Shown piece by piece: positions 31,514-43,234 of a DNA stretch of 64,000 nt. Below the pieces are notes generated by a model, which saw only the letters and a list, made by a program, of their open reading frames with translations, ran no database searches and was not told where the DNA came from. The stretch lies in contig CAVYRP010000013.1 of assembly GCA_963770945.1 (NCBI GenBank), positions 207,921 to 271,920 of the forward strand, read 5' to 3'. Each line of letters starts with the position of its first letter. The first letter of the stretch is position 1. The position numbers and the translations under genes were made by a program. This DNA comes from an uncultured Bacteroidota bacterium. GTDB lineage: Bacteria; Bacteroidota; Ignavibacteria; UBA10030.

Positions 31514-33256
31514 TTATTGCATCATCATAAAATGTTCGACAATCGGTCCTAATGCGAGTGCAGGCAAAAAGTTCAGTGCACCCACAATAAGAACGACCGC
31601 TATAAGCCAGAAAATAAAAAGCGGCGTGTGTGTCGGCAGTGTTCCTTCGCTTGCCGGAACCAATTTCTTTTTCACAAGAGAATCTGCAAGCGCTAACGTC
31701 GGGACAGCAAGCCAGTACCGTCCGATCAACATTGCAATTCCGCCGGTGAGATTATAGAACGGATTGTTTGCACCGATTCCGGCAAAAGCGCTTCCGTTGT
31801 TGTTGCCTTGCGATGTGAACAGATACAACACTTCACTAAATCCGTGCGGTCCCGGATTGAAAATAGTTGCCTTTCCGGCTGTTGTGACAACGGCAAGAGC
31901 TGTTAAAATAAGGACTGTGATCGGCATAATAAGAATAAGAAGCGATGCCATTTTCATTTCATACGCTTCAATTTTATGGCCTAAATATTCAGGTGTACGT
32001 CCGACAAGCAGCCCGGCAACAAATACTGCAACGATAACAAACACTAACATACCGTAAAGTCCAGAACCGACTCCGCCAAAAACAACTTCACCCAGATGCA
32101 TCATGATGAGTGTGACCATGCCTCCGAGCGGAGTGTAGGAATCATGCATGGAATTCACAGAACCGTTTGATGCTGCGGTCGTGACAGTTGCCCAAACAGC
32201 GGAATTGGGAATACCGAATCGAACTTCCTTTCCCTCCATATTGCCGCCCGGATTGATGGAAGTAGAATGCTGATCCACACCGAGGGCCGCGAGCTTAGGA
32301 TTGCCGGAGTCTTCCAGACTATACATCCAAAATACTGCTGTGACAAGTATCAGCATCATAGCAGCTAAGACCGCCCACCCCTGTCGAGTGTCTTTCACCA
32401 TCTTTCCAAATGTATAGCACAATGCTGCAGGGATAAGCAAAATAGCAAGCATTTCTAAAAAATCAGCAAGAGGCGTGGGGTTTTCATATGGATGAGTTGA
32501 ATTGACGTTGAAGAAACCACCGCCGTTTGTTCCTAATTGCTTGATGGCAATCTGTGACGCCGCTGGCCCCATAGCCAGAACTTGATCTGTTACTTTTACA
32601 CCACCGGTGTCGGTTGTCGGTTGAAGAAAAGGCACGGAGACATATGCAGAATTATTTTGTATAACCCCCTGGGAAACAAGCACAAGCGCAAAAATGATAG
32701 AAAGCGGCAGAAGAATGTACAACGTACTGCGTGTCATATCCACCCAGAAATTTCCCAGTGTCTTTGCTGAGTGACGGGCAATTCCGCGGATGAAAAGTGC
32801 AAGCACAGCCATCCCCGATGCCGCGGAAACGAAATTCTGCACGGTCAATGCAAGCATCTGTGTCATGTAGCTCATTGTTGTTTCCCCGCCGTAACCCTGC
32901 CAGTTTGTATTCGACGCAAAACTGACGGCAGTGTTGAACGAAGAATCCGGCGCAACAGCCCCTAATCCTTGCGGGTTGAATGGCAAAAATTGTTGAACGC
33001 GCTGTATGACATAAACAATGATCAGTCCGACAAAATTAAAGATAAGCAGTGCTGCTGCGTTTGCTTTCCAATCCATCTCCTCTTCGGGCTTAATCTTTGC
33101 GAGACGATAGATAAAACGTTCCAGCGGACCGAGAACAGGATCGAGAAATGTCTTTTCCTGCTGGTACACACGCGCCATAAATGCACCGAACGGTTTTGCA
33201 AGGAGTGTCAGTGCTGCAAGATAAAACGCGATTTGTAAAATCCCATTGAGAGTCAT
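31514..33256 (-). CDS. kdpA: K+-transporting ATPase subunit A
   Basis: Intact 580-aa polytopic ORF (MTLNGILQIAFYLAAL..NTNWQGYGGE..LGTNGGGFF..). Its ATG overlaps the kdpF stop. Confidence 0.9.
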   Translation of the reverse strand: MTLNGILQIAFYLAALTLLAKPFGAFMARVYQQEKTFLDPVLGPLERFIYRLAKIKPEEEMDWKANAAALLIFNFVGLIIVYVIQRVQQFLPFNPQGLGAVAPDSSFNTAVSFASNTNWQGYGGETTMSYMTQMLALTVQNFVSAASGMAVLALFIRGIARHSAKTLGNFWVDMTRSTLYILLPLSIIFALVLVSQGVIQNNSAYVSVPFLQPTTDTGGVKVTDQVLAMGPAASQIAIKQLGTNGGGFFNVNSTHPYENPTPLADFLEMLAILLIPAALCYTFGKMVKDTRQGWAVLAAMMLILVTAVFWMYSLEDSGNPKLAALGVDQHSTSINPGGNMEGKEVRFGIPNSAVWATVTTAASNGSVNSMHDSYTPLGGMVTLIMMHLGEVVFGGVGSGLYGMLVFVIVAVFVAGLLVGRTPEYLGHKIEAYEMKMASLLILIMPITVLILTALAVVTTAGKATIFNPGPHGFSEVLYLFTSQGNNNGSAFAGIGANNPFYNLTGGIAMLIGRYWLAVPTLALADSLVKKKLVPASEGTLPTHTPLFIFWLIAVVLIVGALNFLPALALGPIVEHFMMMQ

Positions 33257-33345
33257 TCGAATATCTCCGGTTTAAGTAAAGCAATGAATAAATAGATCAA
33301 AAGACCGAACGATATAATTCCTGATATAATATAGAGGAGGTTCAT
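33253..33345 (-). CDS. kdpF: K+-transporting ATPase subunit F (30 aa)
   Basis: MNLLYIISGIISFGLLIYLFIALLKPEIFE, with AGGAGG 7 nt upstream of ATG 33345. Its TGA overlaps the kdpA ATG. The LLxPExF ending is typical of KdpF. It is not in the ORF track. Confidence 0.7.
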   Translation of the reverse strand: MNLLYIISGIISFGLLIYLFIALLKPEIFE

Positions 33346-33479
33346 ACTGTGCCTCCTGATTTTTCTTCAACATTTTTATCAGCCTCGGGCTGAAGGACTT
33401 CGCAAATTTTTAAAAGTCCCCATGTGAGAATAAAAAATACAACGGTGACGCCGATATAGATAATGTCGTCCATGTTCAT
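33342..33479 (-). CDS. 45-aa single-TM protein between kdpC and kdpF
   Basis: MNMDDIIYIGVTVVFFILTWGLLKICEVLQPEADKNVEEKSGGTV. Its ATG (33479) overlaps the kdpC TGA and its TGA overlaps the kdpF ATG, giving ATGA overlaps on both sides. It is not in the ORF track. Confidence 0.5.
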   Translation of the reverse strand: MNMDDIIYIGVTVVFFILTWGLLKICEVLQPEADKNVEEKSGGTV

Positions 33480-34072
33480 TTTCCTTCTGATGCGGATTGA
33501 GTTTCGTCTAGTGCAAGATTCAACTTGAGAACATTCACACGAGGTTCTCCAAGAAAACCTAATTGTCTTCCTTCAGTATATTGAACCACCAGCGAACGGA
33601 GCTTATCCTGGGTCAGATTTCGGATGCGGGCTACGCGCGGAAGCTGATAGAGGGCAGCCGCAATACTGATATGGGGATCAAGTCCGCTTCCTGAAGCCGT
33701 CGCAAGATCCGCAGGTACAGGCTGAATGTTCGAAGAATCAACTGCTTTCAGGTCCTGGATTCTTTTATTTACTCCATCGAGATAAGCCTGATTGGTCGGT
33801 CCGTAGTTTGATCCCGATGACGCAGCAGCATTATAAGCAAAAGGACCTGTTGCCGATAATCGGCCCCAGAAATATTTCGGATCGCTGAACGGCTGGCCGA
33901 TTAACTCGGAGCCGAGAGTTTTTCCATCCTTTACTATTATACTTCCGTTGGCTTTTCCCGGAAAAAGAAGCTGTGCCAGCACGGTGACTACAAGCGGGTA
34001 GAGTAATCCTGTAGTTATCGTAAGGAGGATGATCATAAAAGCCGCCGTGCGAAATTGAGTTAATATTTTCAT
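33476..34072 (-). CDS. kdpC: K+-transporting ATPase subunit C
   Basis: Intact 198-aa ORF with an N-terminal TM helix, then ..GSELIGQPF..YFWGR.SA..SSGSNYGPTN..ASGSGLDPHIS..VNVLKLNLALD, a clear KdpC signature. Confidence 0.9.
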   Translation of the reverse strand: MKILTQFRTAAFMIILLTITTGLLYPLVVTVLAQLLFPGKANGSIIVKDGKTLGSELIGQPFSDPKYFWGRLSATGPFAYNAAASSGSNYGPTNQAYLDGVNKRIQDLKAVDSSNIQPVPADLATASGSGLDPHISIAAALYQLPRVARIRNLTQDKLRSLVVQYTEGRQLGFLGEPRVNVLKLNLALDETQSASEGK

Positions 34073-34164
34073 TTTAATTTCTCCGATTATCCGGTCAGGT
34101 TAAAGAATTTGATTCATTGTATACCGGTACAAGCTTCCGGCAACCGCATTCATATTTCTATCGT

Positions 34165-34434
34165 TCAATAGGTCATTGTTTTTTCGAGCCAGTCGTTCAC
34201 TAATTCGGAACCGTAACCGTCAAAAGGGCGCTTGAGGTTAATGACAAATATTTTGTCATTTGCATCGATGTAATTTTTTAGTTCTCCGCAAACCTTGCTC
34301 GGCGATTTATCCGTGATTATTGCATACGATGTTTCCGAGAGTCTGACATTGGAGTAACTATCAACTTCATCATGCAGCTTAGAATAGTTGTCCTCGGGCA
34401 TGGTTAAATCGTAAGTGACGAGTAATAGTGACAT
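34165..34434 (-). CDS. hypothetical 89-aa cytosolic protein
   Basis: Intact ORF MSLLLVTYDLTMPEDNYSKLHDEV..VRLSETSYAIITD..KIFVINLKRPF... The alternating beta/alpha pattern suggests a ferredoxin-like fold. No family recognised. Confidence 0.4.
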   Translation of the reverse strand: MSLLLVTYDLTMPEDNYSKLHDEVDSYSNVRLSETSYAIITDKSPSKVCGELKNYIDANDKIFVINLKRPFDGYGSELVNDWLEKTMTY

Positions 34435-34758
34435 GATATAAGCCCTTCAATAATAGAGAATGTCTATATGTTTTTAATTTCTGTATTAAACATAAAGAGA
34501 CCGGGAATAAATTCCAATCAGGGGAGTCTAAAATTAGGGGCAAAAGGTATAAAAAAATCTATATAAAGAAAATATAAAAAAAGAGGCTAATTTTATAAAG
34601 AAAGAATAAAAAAGGAAATATCCTCGGATTTTAATTCACAAACAGGGTGTTGAATTCATCTATGATAGCACGGTTGCCTCAAAACTTTTTCTTTCTGCAG
34701 ATTACTCTGTAACTTGAAAAAGTAAAATACTTTATATGTCGAACAATTTGGAACAAAT

Positions 34759-36810
34759 ATGGAACAAAGCAGTACCGATAATTCTTCAGATGGTGATCCC
34801 TCGTCTATTATAGGAGATAATTCAGAAAAAAGAATCTCTACAAAAGTAAAACGTGCAATTCTTGGTGCGCCGCGCAGCATTAAAGATCCCGGAGTTTTTC
34901 ATCAAATTTCCCTTATCGCATTCCTTGCGTGGGTCGGATTAGGCGCAGACGGTCTTTCATCTTCGGCATATGGACCGGATGAATCTTTTCGTGCGCTTGG
35001 AAACCATTCATATCTGGCAGTCGCATTAGCACTGGCGACAGCTTTTACAGTATTTATTATTTCTTATGCATATTCACGAATCGTCGAACACTTTCCATAC
35101 GGCGGAGGCGGTTATGTCGTTGCAAGCCGGTTACTCGGTAAACATTTCGGCGTTGTTTCAGGGTCTGCATTGTTAGTAGATTATGTATTGACAATCTCTG
35201 TGTCGATCGCTGCCGGGGCTGACCAGGTCTTTAGTGTTCTCCCTCCGGAATGGCATCAATATAAACTCATAATTGTTACAATAGTTATTTTTATGTTGAT
35301 GCTCCTCAATCTTCGAGGCGTAAAAGAATCGGTTACAATACTCATGCCGATCTTTCTTTTATTTCTCATCACACATATCATTTTGATCGTTGGTGGAATC
35401 GGTTCGCATATTTCCGAAGCACATCGCGTAGCAAGTGAAGTCACTAATGGATTTTCGAATGGACTGAAAACACTGGGTTTGCTGGGGATGGCAGGAATTT
35501 TTGCACGTGCTTACTCTATGGGTGCCGGCACGTATACCGGTATCGAAGCAGTCTCAAACGGAATCCAGATCATGCGTGAACCAAAGATCGATACTGCCAA
35601 ACGTACGATGGCATATATGGCGATTTCCCTTGCCGTCACAGCAGGCGGAATTATGGTGTGCTATCTTCTCTTCAATGTGGAACCGATTTCCGGTAAAACA
35701 ATGAATGCCGTATTGCTGGATCGATTCGCAGGGAACTGGACTTTTATCGGATTACCGCTTGGCTGGCTTTTCGTAGTTATTACACTGGCCTCGGAAGCAG
35801 CCCTCTTATTTGTCGCTGCACAGGCCGGATTTATCGACGGCCCCCGCGTCATGGGGAATATGGCCACAGACTCCTGGCTGCCGCGCAGGTTTGCTTCGCT
35901 TTCCGAGCGGTTAACAATGCAAAATGGAGTGGTTATCATTTCAATTGCGGCTATTCTTACTTTGGTCATCACCAAGGGAAATACATCTACGCTTGTTCTT
36001 ATGTATTCAATTAATGTTTTCTTGACTTTTTCACTCTCGGAAATGGGGATGGTCAGATATTGGATAAAAAATCGAGAACAATATCCCGATTGGTCTAAAC
36101 ATATTATCATTCACTTAATCGGTCTGGTTTTATGTCTCTCAATTTTAACAGTAAGCATTTTTGAGAAGTTCGCAATCGGCGGATGGGTAACATTAGTTAT
36201 TACTTCCTTACTTATTCTGCTCTGTCTTAAGGTCAAACGTCATTATAAAAAAGTCAGTGACCAGCTTAAACGGCTCGATGATGTTCTTACGGATATTCCA
36301 GCGATGGAAGGGTGGGTTCAGACAAAAACTATCCCAAATGCAAATACGGCTGTTTTAATGGTGAAGGAATACGGCGGATTGGGAATTCATTCGCTTCTTT
36401 CCATCCAGCGCCTTTTCCCGAATCATTTTAAAAATATGATTTTTATTTCTATCGTGAATGTCGATGCAAGCACCTTAAAGGGAAAGAATGAATTGGACGA
36501 GATGAGAGAAGAACAAAAAAATCATCTTGAAAAATATGTCAAGTTTGCAAATCAATTAGGGTACAATTCTGATTACCGGATTGCCGAAGGAACCGACGTA
36601 ATAGAAGAAATGGAAAAGTTATCGGCACAAATATTCAAAGAATTTCCACGGTCTATATTTTTTGCCGGTAAACTGGTTTTTGAACGAGAGAAATGGTACC
36701 AGCGTATTCTCCATAACGAAACTGCATATGCAATTCAACGGCGGCTGCAATTCGGAGCAATGAACTGCATGGTTTTGCCGGTTCGTGTCTTCGCTGCAAA
36801 TAAAACGTAA
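34759..36810 (+). CDS. APC-superfamily permease with a C-terminal cytoplasmic domain (KimA-like, possible K+ uptake)
   Basis: Intact 683-aa ORF with about 12 TM helices. The N-terminal ..LAWVGLGADGLSSSAYGPDESF.. resembles the ..LSSDALSSVAYGTEQ.. signature of the KimA group. About 200 aa of soluble tail follow. Confidence 0.6.
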   Translation: MEQSSTDNSSDGDPSSIIGDNSEKRISTKVKRAILGAPRSIKDPGVFHQISLIAFLAWVGLGADGLSSSAYGPDESFRALGNHSYLAVALALATAFTVFIISYAYSRIVEHFPYGGGGYVVASRLLGKHFGVVSGSALLVDYVLTISVSIAAGADQVFSVLPPEWHQYKLIIVTIVIFMLMLLNLRGVKESVTILMPIFLLFLITHIILIVGGIGSHISEAHRVASEVTNGFSNGLKTLGLLGMAGIFARAYSMGAGTYTGIEAVSNGIQIMREPKIDTAKRTMAYMAISLAVTAGGIMVCYLLFNVEPISGKTMNAVLLDRFAGNWTFIGLPLGWLFVVITLASEAALLFVAAQAGFIDGPRVMGNMATDSWLPRRFASLSERLTMQNGVVIISIAAILTLVITKGNTSTLVLMYSINVFLTFSLSEMGMVRYWIKNREQYPDWSKHIIIHLIGLVLCLSILTVSIFEKFAIGGWVTLVITSLLILLCLKVKRHYKKVSDQLKRLDDVLTDIPAMEGWVQTKTIPNANTAVLMVKEYGGLGIHSLLSIQRLFPNHFKNMIFISIVNVDASTLKGKNELDEMREEQKNHLEKYVKFANQLGYNSDYRIAEGTDVIEEMEKLSAQIFKEFPRSIFFAGKLVFEREKWYQRILHNETAYAIQRRLQFGAMNCMVLPVRVFAANKT

Positions 36811-36827
36811 ATAGTTTTAATGAAAAG

Positions 36828-36851
36828 AGCGGGAAATCTCCCGCTTTTTTT
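36828..36851 (+). terminator. intrinsic terminator after the APC permease
   Basis: AGCGGGA-aatc-TCCCGCT followed by TTTTTT, 18 nt after the stop codon. Confidence 0.7.
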
Positions 36852-36951
36852 ATTGACAACACGCAAATCGACGAATTTCAATTAATTTCTTGCCATCGGG
36901 AACTATCCACGGTATCTTACTGTTGGATATTTTAAATTTAAAGGAGAAGCA

Positions 36952-37410
36952 ATGAAAAGTACAAAGCAATATGGCAAAAAAATCGATCTTGCGCTCTCTC
37001 TGTGGGTAAAACTGGCTCGGGCGCATGACACATTCAACCATTTAACCGCGTCGAATCTTCGAACAACCGGATTAACTCCGGCTCAATTTGGTGTTGTCGA
37101 GTGCTTAGGACATCTGGGTACTATGCTCATCGGTGACCTGACAAAGAAACATCTTGTCAGCGGCGGCAACATGACTGTTATTGTAAATAATCTTGAAAAA
37201 GATGGAATTGTCCGGCGGTCTGTAAATAAAAAAGATAAGCGTGCTTTTTATGTGCAATTAACGCCAAAAGGAAACCGTTTATTCCATGCGATATTCACTC
37301 CGCATGCAAACTATATACTTAAGCTGGCATCTGTGCTCACAGAAGCTGAACAAGCAGAACTGGGAAATCTCTTGAAAAAACTCGGTACAGGAATATTGAG
37401 AATAGATTAA
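36952..37410 (+). CDS. MarR-family transcriptional regulator
   Basis: Intact 152-aa ORF with a winged-HTH pattern (..LTPAQFGVVECLGHLG..IGDLTKKHLVSGGNMTVIVNNLEKDGIVRR..DKRAFYVQLT..). Confidence 0.8.
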   Translation: MKSTKQYGKKIDLALSLWVKLARAHDTFNHLTASNLRTTGLTPAQFGVVECLGHLGTMLIGDLTKKHLVSGGNMTVIVNNLEKDGIVRRSVNKKDKRAFYVQLTPKGNRLFHAIFTPHANYILKLASVLTEAEQAELGNLLKKLGTGILRID

Positions 37411-37488
37411 TTGCCGCAAAACGCTATTTGAAATTTGAAACTTTTAATTTTTTTGTGTTGTTGTATATAATATATAGCTATTGGAACA

Positions 37489-38070
37489 ATGGAAAATCAT
37501 CCTTTACATATTCTCGCGATGGCAGGCAGTTTAAGGGCAGAATCTTATAACCGGAAAGCACTTCAAATTGCCAAGAGAATAGCATCCGAGTTCGATGTTG
37601 ATATTCGTGAAATCGACTTGAAGACGCTTGCGCTGCCTGTCTTTGATGCAGACCTGCGGAAAGATGGATTTCCAGAGCCGGTTTTAAAGCTTAAAAAGGC
37701 TGTGGAAACAGCAGATATTGTTTTAATTGCAGCACCAGAATACAATCATTCAATAGCCGGCCCCTTAAAGAATACCATTGACTGGGCATCGGATAAGACA
37801 AATCCTTTCTCGGGAAAAGTGGCGGCTATTTTTGGCGCATCGACAGGAATTTTCGGAACATTAAGGTCACAGCTTCAACTCCGTCAGATACTGGCATCAT
37901 TAAATGTTGAGCTGCTTCCTCAGCCTCAAGTATATATACGTTCTGCAGATGAAGCTTTTCTTCCGGATGGTTCACTGGTCGATTCGAGAATTACAAAACA
38001 GCTGCATTTATTGATTGAAGAAACAATTAAATTAGCCCGGCGAAAAAAAGAGAATAAAACCGGCAACTAA
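37489..38070 (+). CDS. NAD(P)H-dependent FMN reductase family oxidoreductase
   Basis: Intact 193-aa ORF. ..ILAMAGSLRAESYNRKAL..IAAPEYNHSIAGPLKNTIDW.. is typical of the flavodoxin-like FMN_red family. Confidence 0.8.
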   Translation: MENHPLHILAMAGSLRAESYNRKALQIAKRIASEFDVDIREIDLKTLALPVFDADLRKDGFPEPVLKLKKAVETADIVLIAAPEYNHSIAGPLKNTIDWASDKTNPFSGKVAAIFGASTGIFGTLRSQLQLRQILASLNVELLPQPQVYIRSADEAFLPDGSLVDSRITKQLHLLIEETIKLARRKKENKTGN

Positions 38071-38092
38071 CAGACTATAGAGGAGGGTTCTT

Positions 38093-38464
38093 ATGGAAAC
38101 GACAGTTCTATATCTTGGCAGGATATTATTCGGCGGATATTTTATTTACGGAGCAGTTAATCATTTTAAGAATATTAAGATGATGTCCGGCTATGCAAAA
38201 TCCAAAGGTACGCCGTTGCCAGAGTTATCCGTCGCTTTTACCGGATTGCTTTTATTGGTCGGTGGTGTAAGCGTGCTTTTTAATATATTTCCGGTCGTGG
38301 GATTAATTTCACTTGTTCTCTTTCTTATTCCTGTCACATTAGTCATGCATGCTCCATGGAAAGTTGAAGATCCGCAGGTAAAAATGAGCGAGATGGTAAA
38401 CTTCATGAAAAATTTTGCGCTGGTCGGTGCAGTACTAATTTTGATTGCACATACGCTGGCTTGA
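38093..38464 (+). CDS. DoxX-family membrane protein
   Basis: Intact 123-aa ORF with 4 TM helices. ..LGRILFGGYFIYGAVNHF.. fits the DoxX pattern. Confidence 0.7.
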   Translation: METTVLYLGRILFGGYFIYGAVNHFKNIKMMSGYAKSKGTPLPELSVAFTGLLLLVGGVSVLFNIFPVVGLISLVLFLIPVTLVMHAPWKVEDPQVKMSEMVNFMKNFALVGAVLILIAHTLA

Positions 38465-38516
38465 AAAACTGTTAAAGCGTTGCATAACGGTTATTAATGT
38501 AAAATGGTTATTAGTT

Positions 38517-38813
38517 ATGAATGAATACATGGTTACAGTAAAATTCTTAATGGCGTTTCAAGAAGAATTTACATCTCTCATTCCAAGCCAGCGAAATGAA
38601 GTGAACCGGCTGATAGAAGAAGGAGTTCTAACAGGTTATTGTTTATCGTCGGACAGGGAGACATTGTGGATGATGCTGCGTGCAGCATCAACGGATGCCG
38701 TTCACACGATGCTCGAGGCCATGCCTTTATATAAATTTATGCGTTTCGAAATTACGGAGTTGATGTTCCATGTTCACCCCGTATCTTTACCGATGCATTT
38801 TTCTATGAACTAG
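38517..38813 (+). CDS. muconolactone isomerase-like (dimeric alpha/beta barrel) small protein
   Basis: Start taken at MNEYMVTVKF (internal to listed ORF 38445..38813). ..RLIEEGVLTGYCLS.DRETLWMMLRA.S..AVHTMLEAMPLYKFMRFEITELM fits the MIase-like family pattern. Confidence 0.5.
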   Translation: MNEYMVTVKFLMAFQEEFTSLIPSQRNEVNRLIEEGVLTGYCLSSDRETLWMMLRAASTDAVHTMLEAMPLYKFMRFEITELMFHVHPVSLPMHFSMN

Positions 38814-38870
38814 AATGTAATAAACGGGTTTAGTTAATTTTAAGTATTCACTTTTTAAAGAGGCCATTAT

Positions 38871-39449
38871 ATGAAAAAAATATCAGTTGTTTTTCTATCG
38901 ATGATAGCTGTTACTGCACTTGCGGCAGCGCAAACCGAATGGAAAATGGACAAAGTCCATTCAAGCGTCGTATTTAGCGTGCGGCATATGGTTATTTCCG
39001 AAGTGTCCGGCAATTTTAAAGATTTTTCAATTGTCCTGAAATCGGATAAAGAGGACTTCTCAGATGCTGTTGTAGAAGGCACAATTCAAACTGCGAGCAT
39101 TAATACGGAAAACGATTATAGGGATAAGCACTTGAAATCGGATGATTTTTTCAATGCCGAAAAGTTTCCCCAGATAAAATTTAAAAGTACGAAATTCGAA
39201 AAACTAGGCGATAAGAAATATAAAATCACCGGTAACCTCACGATTCGTGATGTGACAAAAGAAGTGGCATTCGATGCCGTCTTAAACGGAACGCTTAAAA
39301 CAGGCAAAGGACTCCTCTCTGCCTGGAAGGCAACAATAACGATAAACAGGTTTGACTATAATTTGAAATGGAATAAAACAGTCGAAACCGGCGGCCTTAT
39401 TGTGGGGCAGGATGTAACAATTACACTGAATTTAGAATTGAACAAGTAG
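38871..39449 (+). CDS. YceI-family periplasmic (polyisoprenoid-binding) protein
   Basis: Intact 192-aa ORF with a signal peptide, then ..WKMDKVHSSVVFSVRHMVISEVSGNFKDF..LTIRDVTKEV... Confidence 0.8.
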   Translation: MKKISVVFLSMIAVTALAAAQTEWKMDKVHSSVVFSVRHMVISEVSGNFKDFSIVLKSDKEDFSDAVVEGTIQTASINTENDYRDKHLKSDDFFNAEKFPQIKFKSTKFEKLGDKKYKITGNLTIRDVTKEVAFDAVLNGTLKTGKGLLSAWKATITINRFDYNLKWNKTVETGGLIVGQDVTITLNLELNK

Positions 39450-39466
39450 TACTTTCGCCCCCTAAT

Positions 39467-39518
39467 GATGGGGTCTGCTTTTACTTCGGTTTGTAAACAG
39501 GCCCCATCTCTCTTTTTT
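39467..39518 (+). terminator. intrinsic terminator after yceI-like gene
   Basis: GATGGGGTCTG (39467-39477) pairs with CAGGCCCCATC (39498-39508) with one G-U, followed by TCTCTTTTTTC. Confidence 0.7.
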
Positions 39519-39673
39519 CAAAAAACCTGCGCTTGTCTGCAGATTGCAAAATATTTTGCTCTTATCTTAAAGGCGGATAAACTTCTGAATCCCGGATGCT
39601 CTCTTGAAAGTGGTTGAATTTAATGGTACTATTTTATTCAGGTAGAGCAGCATACCGGAAATTTAAACAAATT

Positions 39674-42527
<2,854 letters not shown>

Positions 42528-42560
42528 AAAACCATCACCCACTTTTCAGAGAGGGTAAAA

Positions 42561-43208
42561 ATGTCGAAATCTTCGTTCGGTTTCTATATATCAATATTTC
42601 TTATTGTCATTTTTGTAGCTCCGGTTATGGGGCAAACAAGATTCGGGAAAATTGGTATCGGAGTCGAAGGCTCCATGCAGTATATTCTGGGCGCAGGTTC
42701 GGTGGATGCTTCACCGGGATTCGGCGGTGGTATCAATATGAGTTATTCTATTTTGGAAGGCCTCAGTTTCCGCACCAGGTTTATTGTGAACCAGCTTCCA
42801 TGGAAAGTCGACAACAAATCCGTCAAAACAGACTTAATGTCTATCAGCGGATATTTTAGCGGCGACATGATGCCGAACAGCGACTTTAATGTATTCCCTT
42901 TTATCGGCATTGGACTAGTTTTCTACGACCCAAAGGATGAAGCATCCGGGGGGAGGCCCCCGTATGTAAGTAGTTTCGATACACAATTCGGCTTCGGACT
43001 GGGCTTTGAATATTTTCCAAATGAATTCTGGTCAATGTCACTCCTGCCTGAATATGTAATGACGGGTTCCCGATATTTTAATGGCCCGGTGGATGCCGGA
43101 AAAGATAGTTATTTGCGCATCGGCTTGCAGGCCCGGGTCTATTTCTTCGATCAGTCATTTATAACAAAATTGCTGGAAACTCTTCGTACCCGGTCGAAAC
43201 GTAAGTAA
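42561..43208 (+). CDS. outer-membrane beta-barrel protein (OmpA-like N-terminal/porin family)
   Basis: Intact 215-aa ORF with a signal peptide and alternating aromatic/Gly-rich beta-strand pattern (..IGIGVEGSMQY..GFGGGINMSY..GFGLGFEYF..). Confidence 0.5.
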   Translation: MSKSSFGFYISIFLIVIFVAPVMGQTRFGKIGIGVEGSMQYILGAGSVDASPGFGGGINMSYSILEGLSFRTRFIVNQLPWKVDNKSVKTDLMSISGYFSGDMMPNSDFNVFPFIGIGLVFYDPKDEASGGRPPYVSSFDTQFGFGLGFEYFPNEFWSMSLLPEYVMTGSRYFNGPVDAGKDSYLRIGLQARVYFFDQSFITKLLETLRTRSKRK

Positions 43209-43234
43209 ATTGCAGAAGAAAGAGATGCAAAAAA

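Noticed and set aside
34165-34434. Calling the 89-aa protein a Cas2 homolog.
   Set aside because: There is only a vague secondary-structure resemblance. No CRISPR repeats or other cas genes are anywhere in the window.
34073-34758. c-di-AMP (ydaO-type) riboswitch upstream of kdp or the KimA-like permease.
   Set aside because: The spacers are AT-rich, with only short hairpins and none of the conserved GC-rich pseudo-two-fold elements I remember for that class. A covariance-model scan is needed to be certain.
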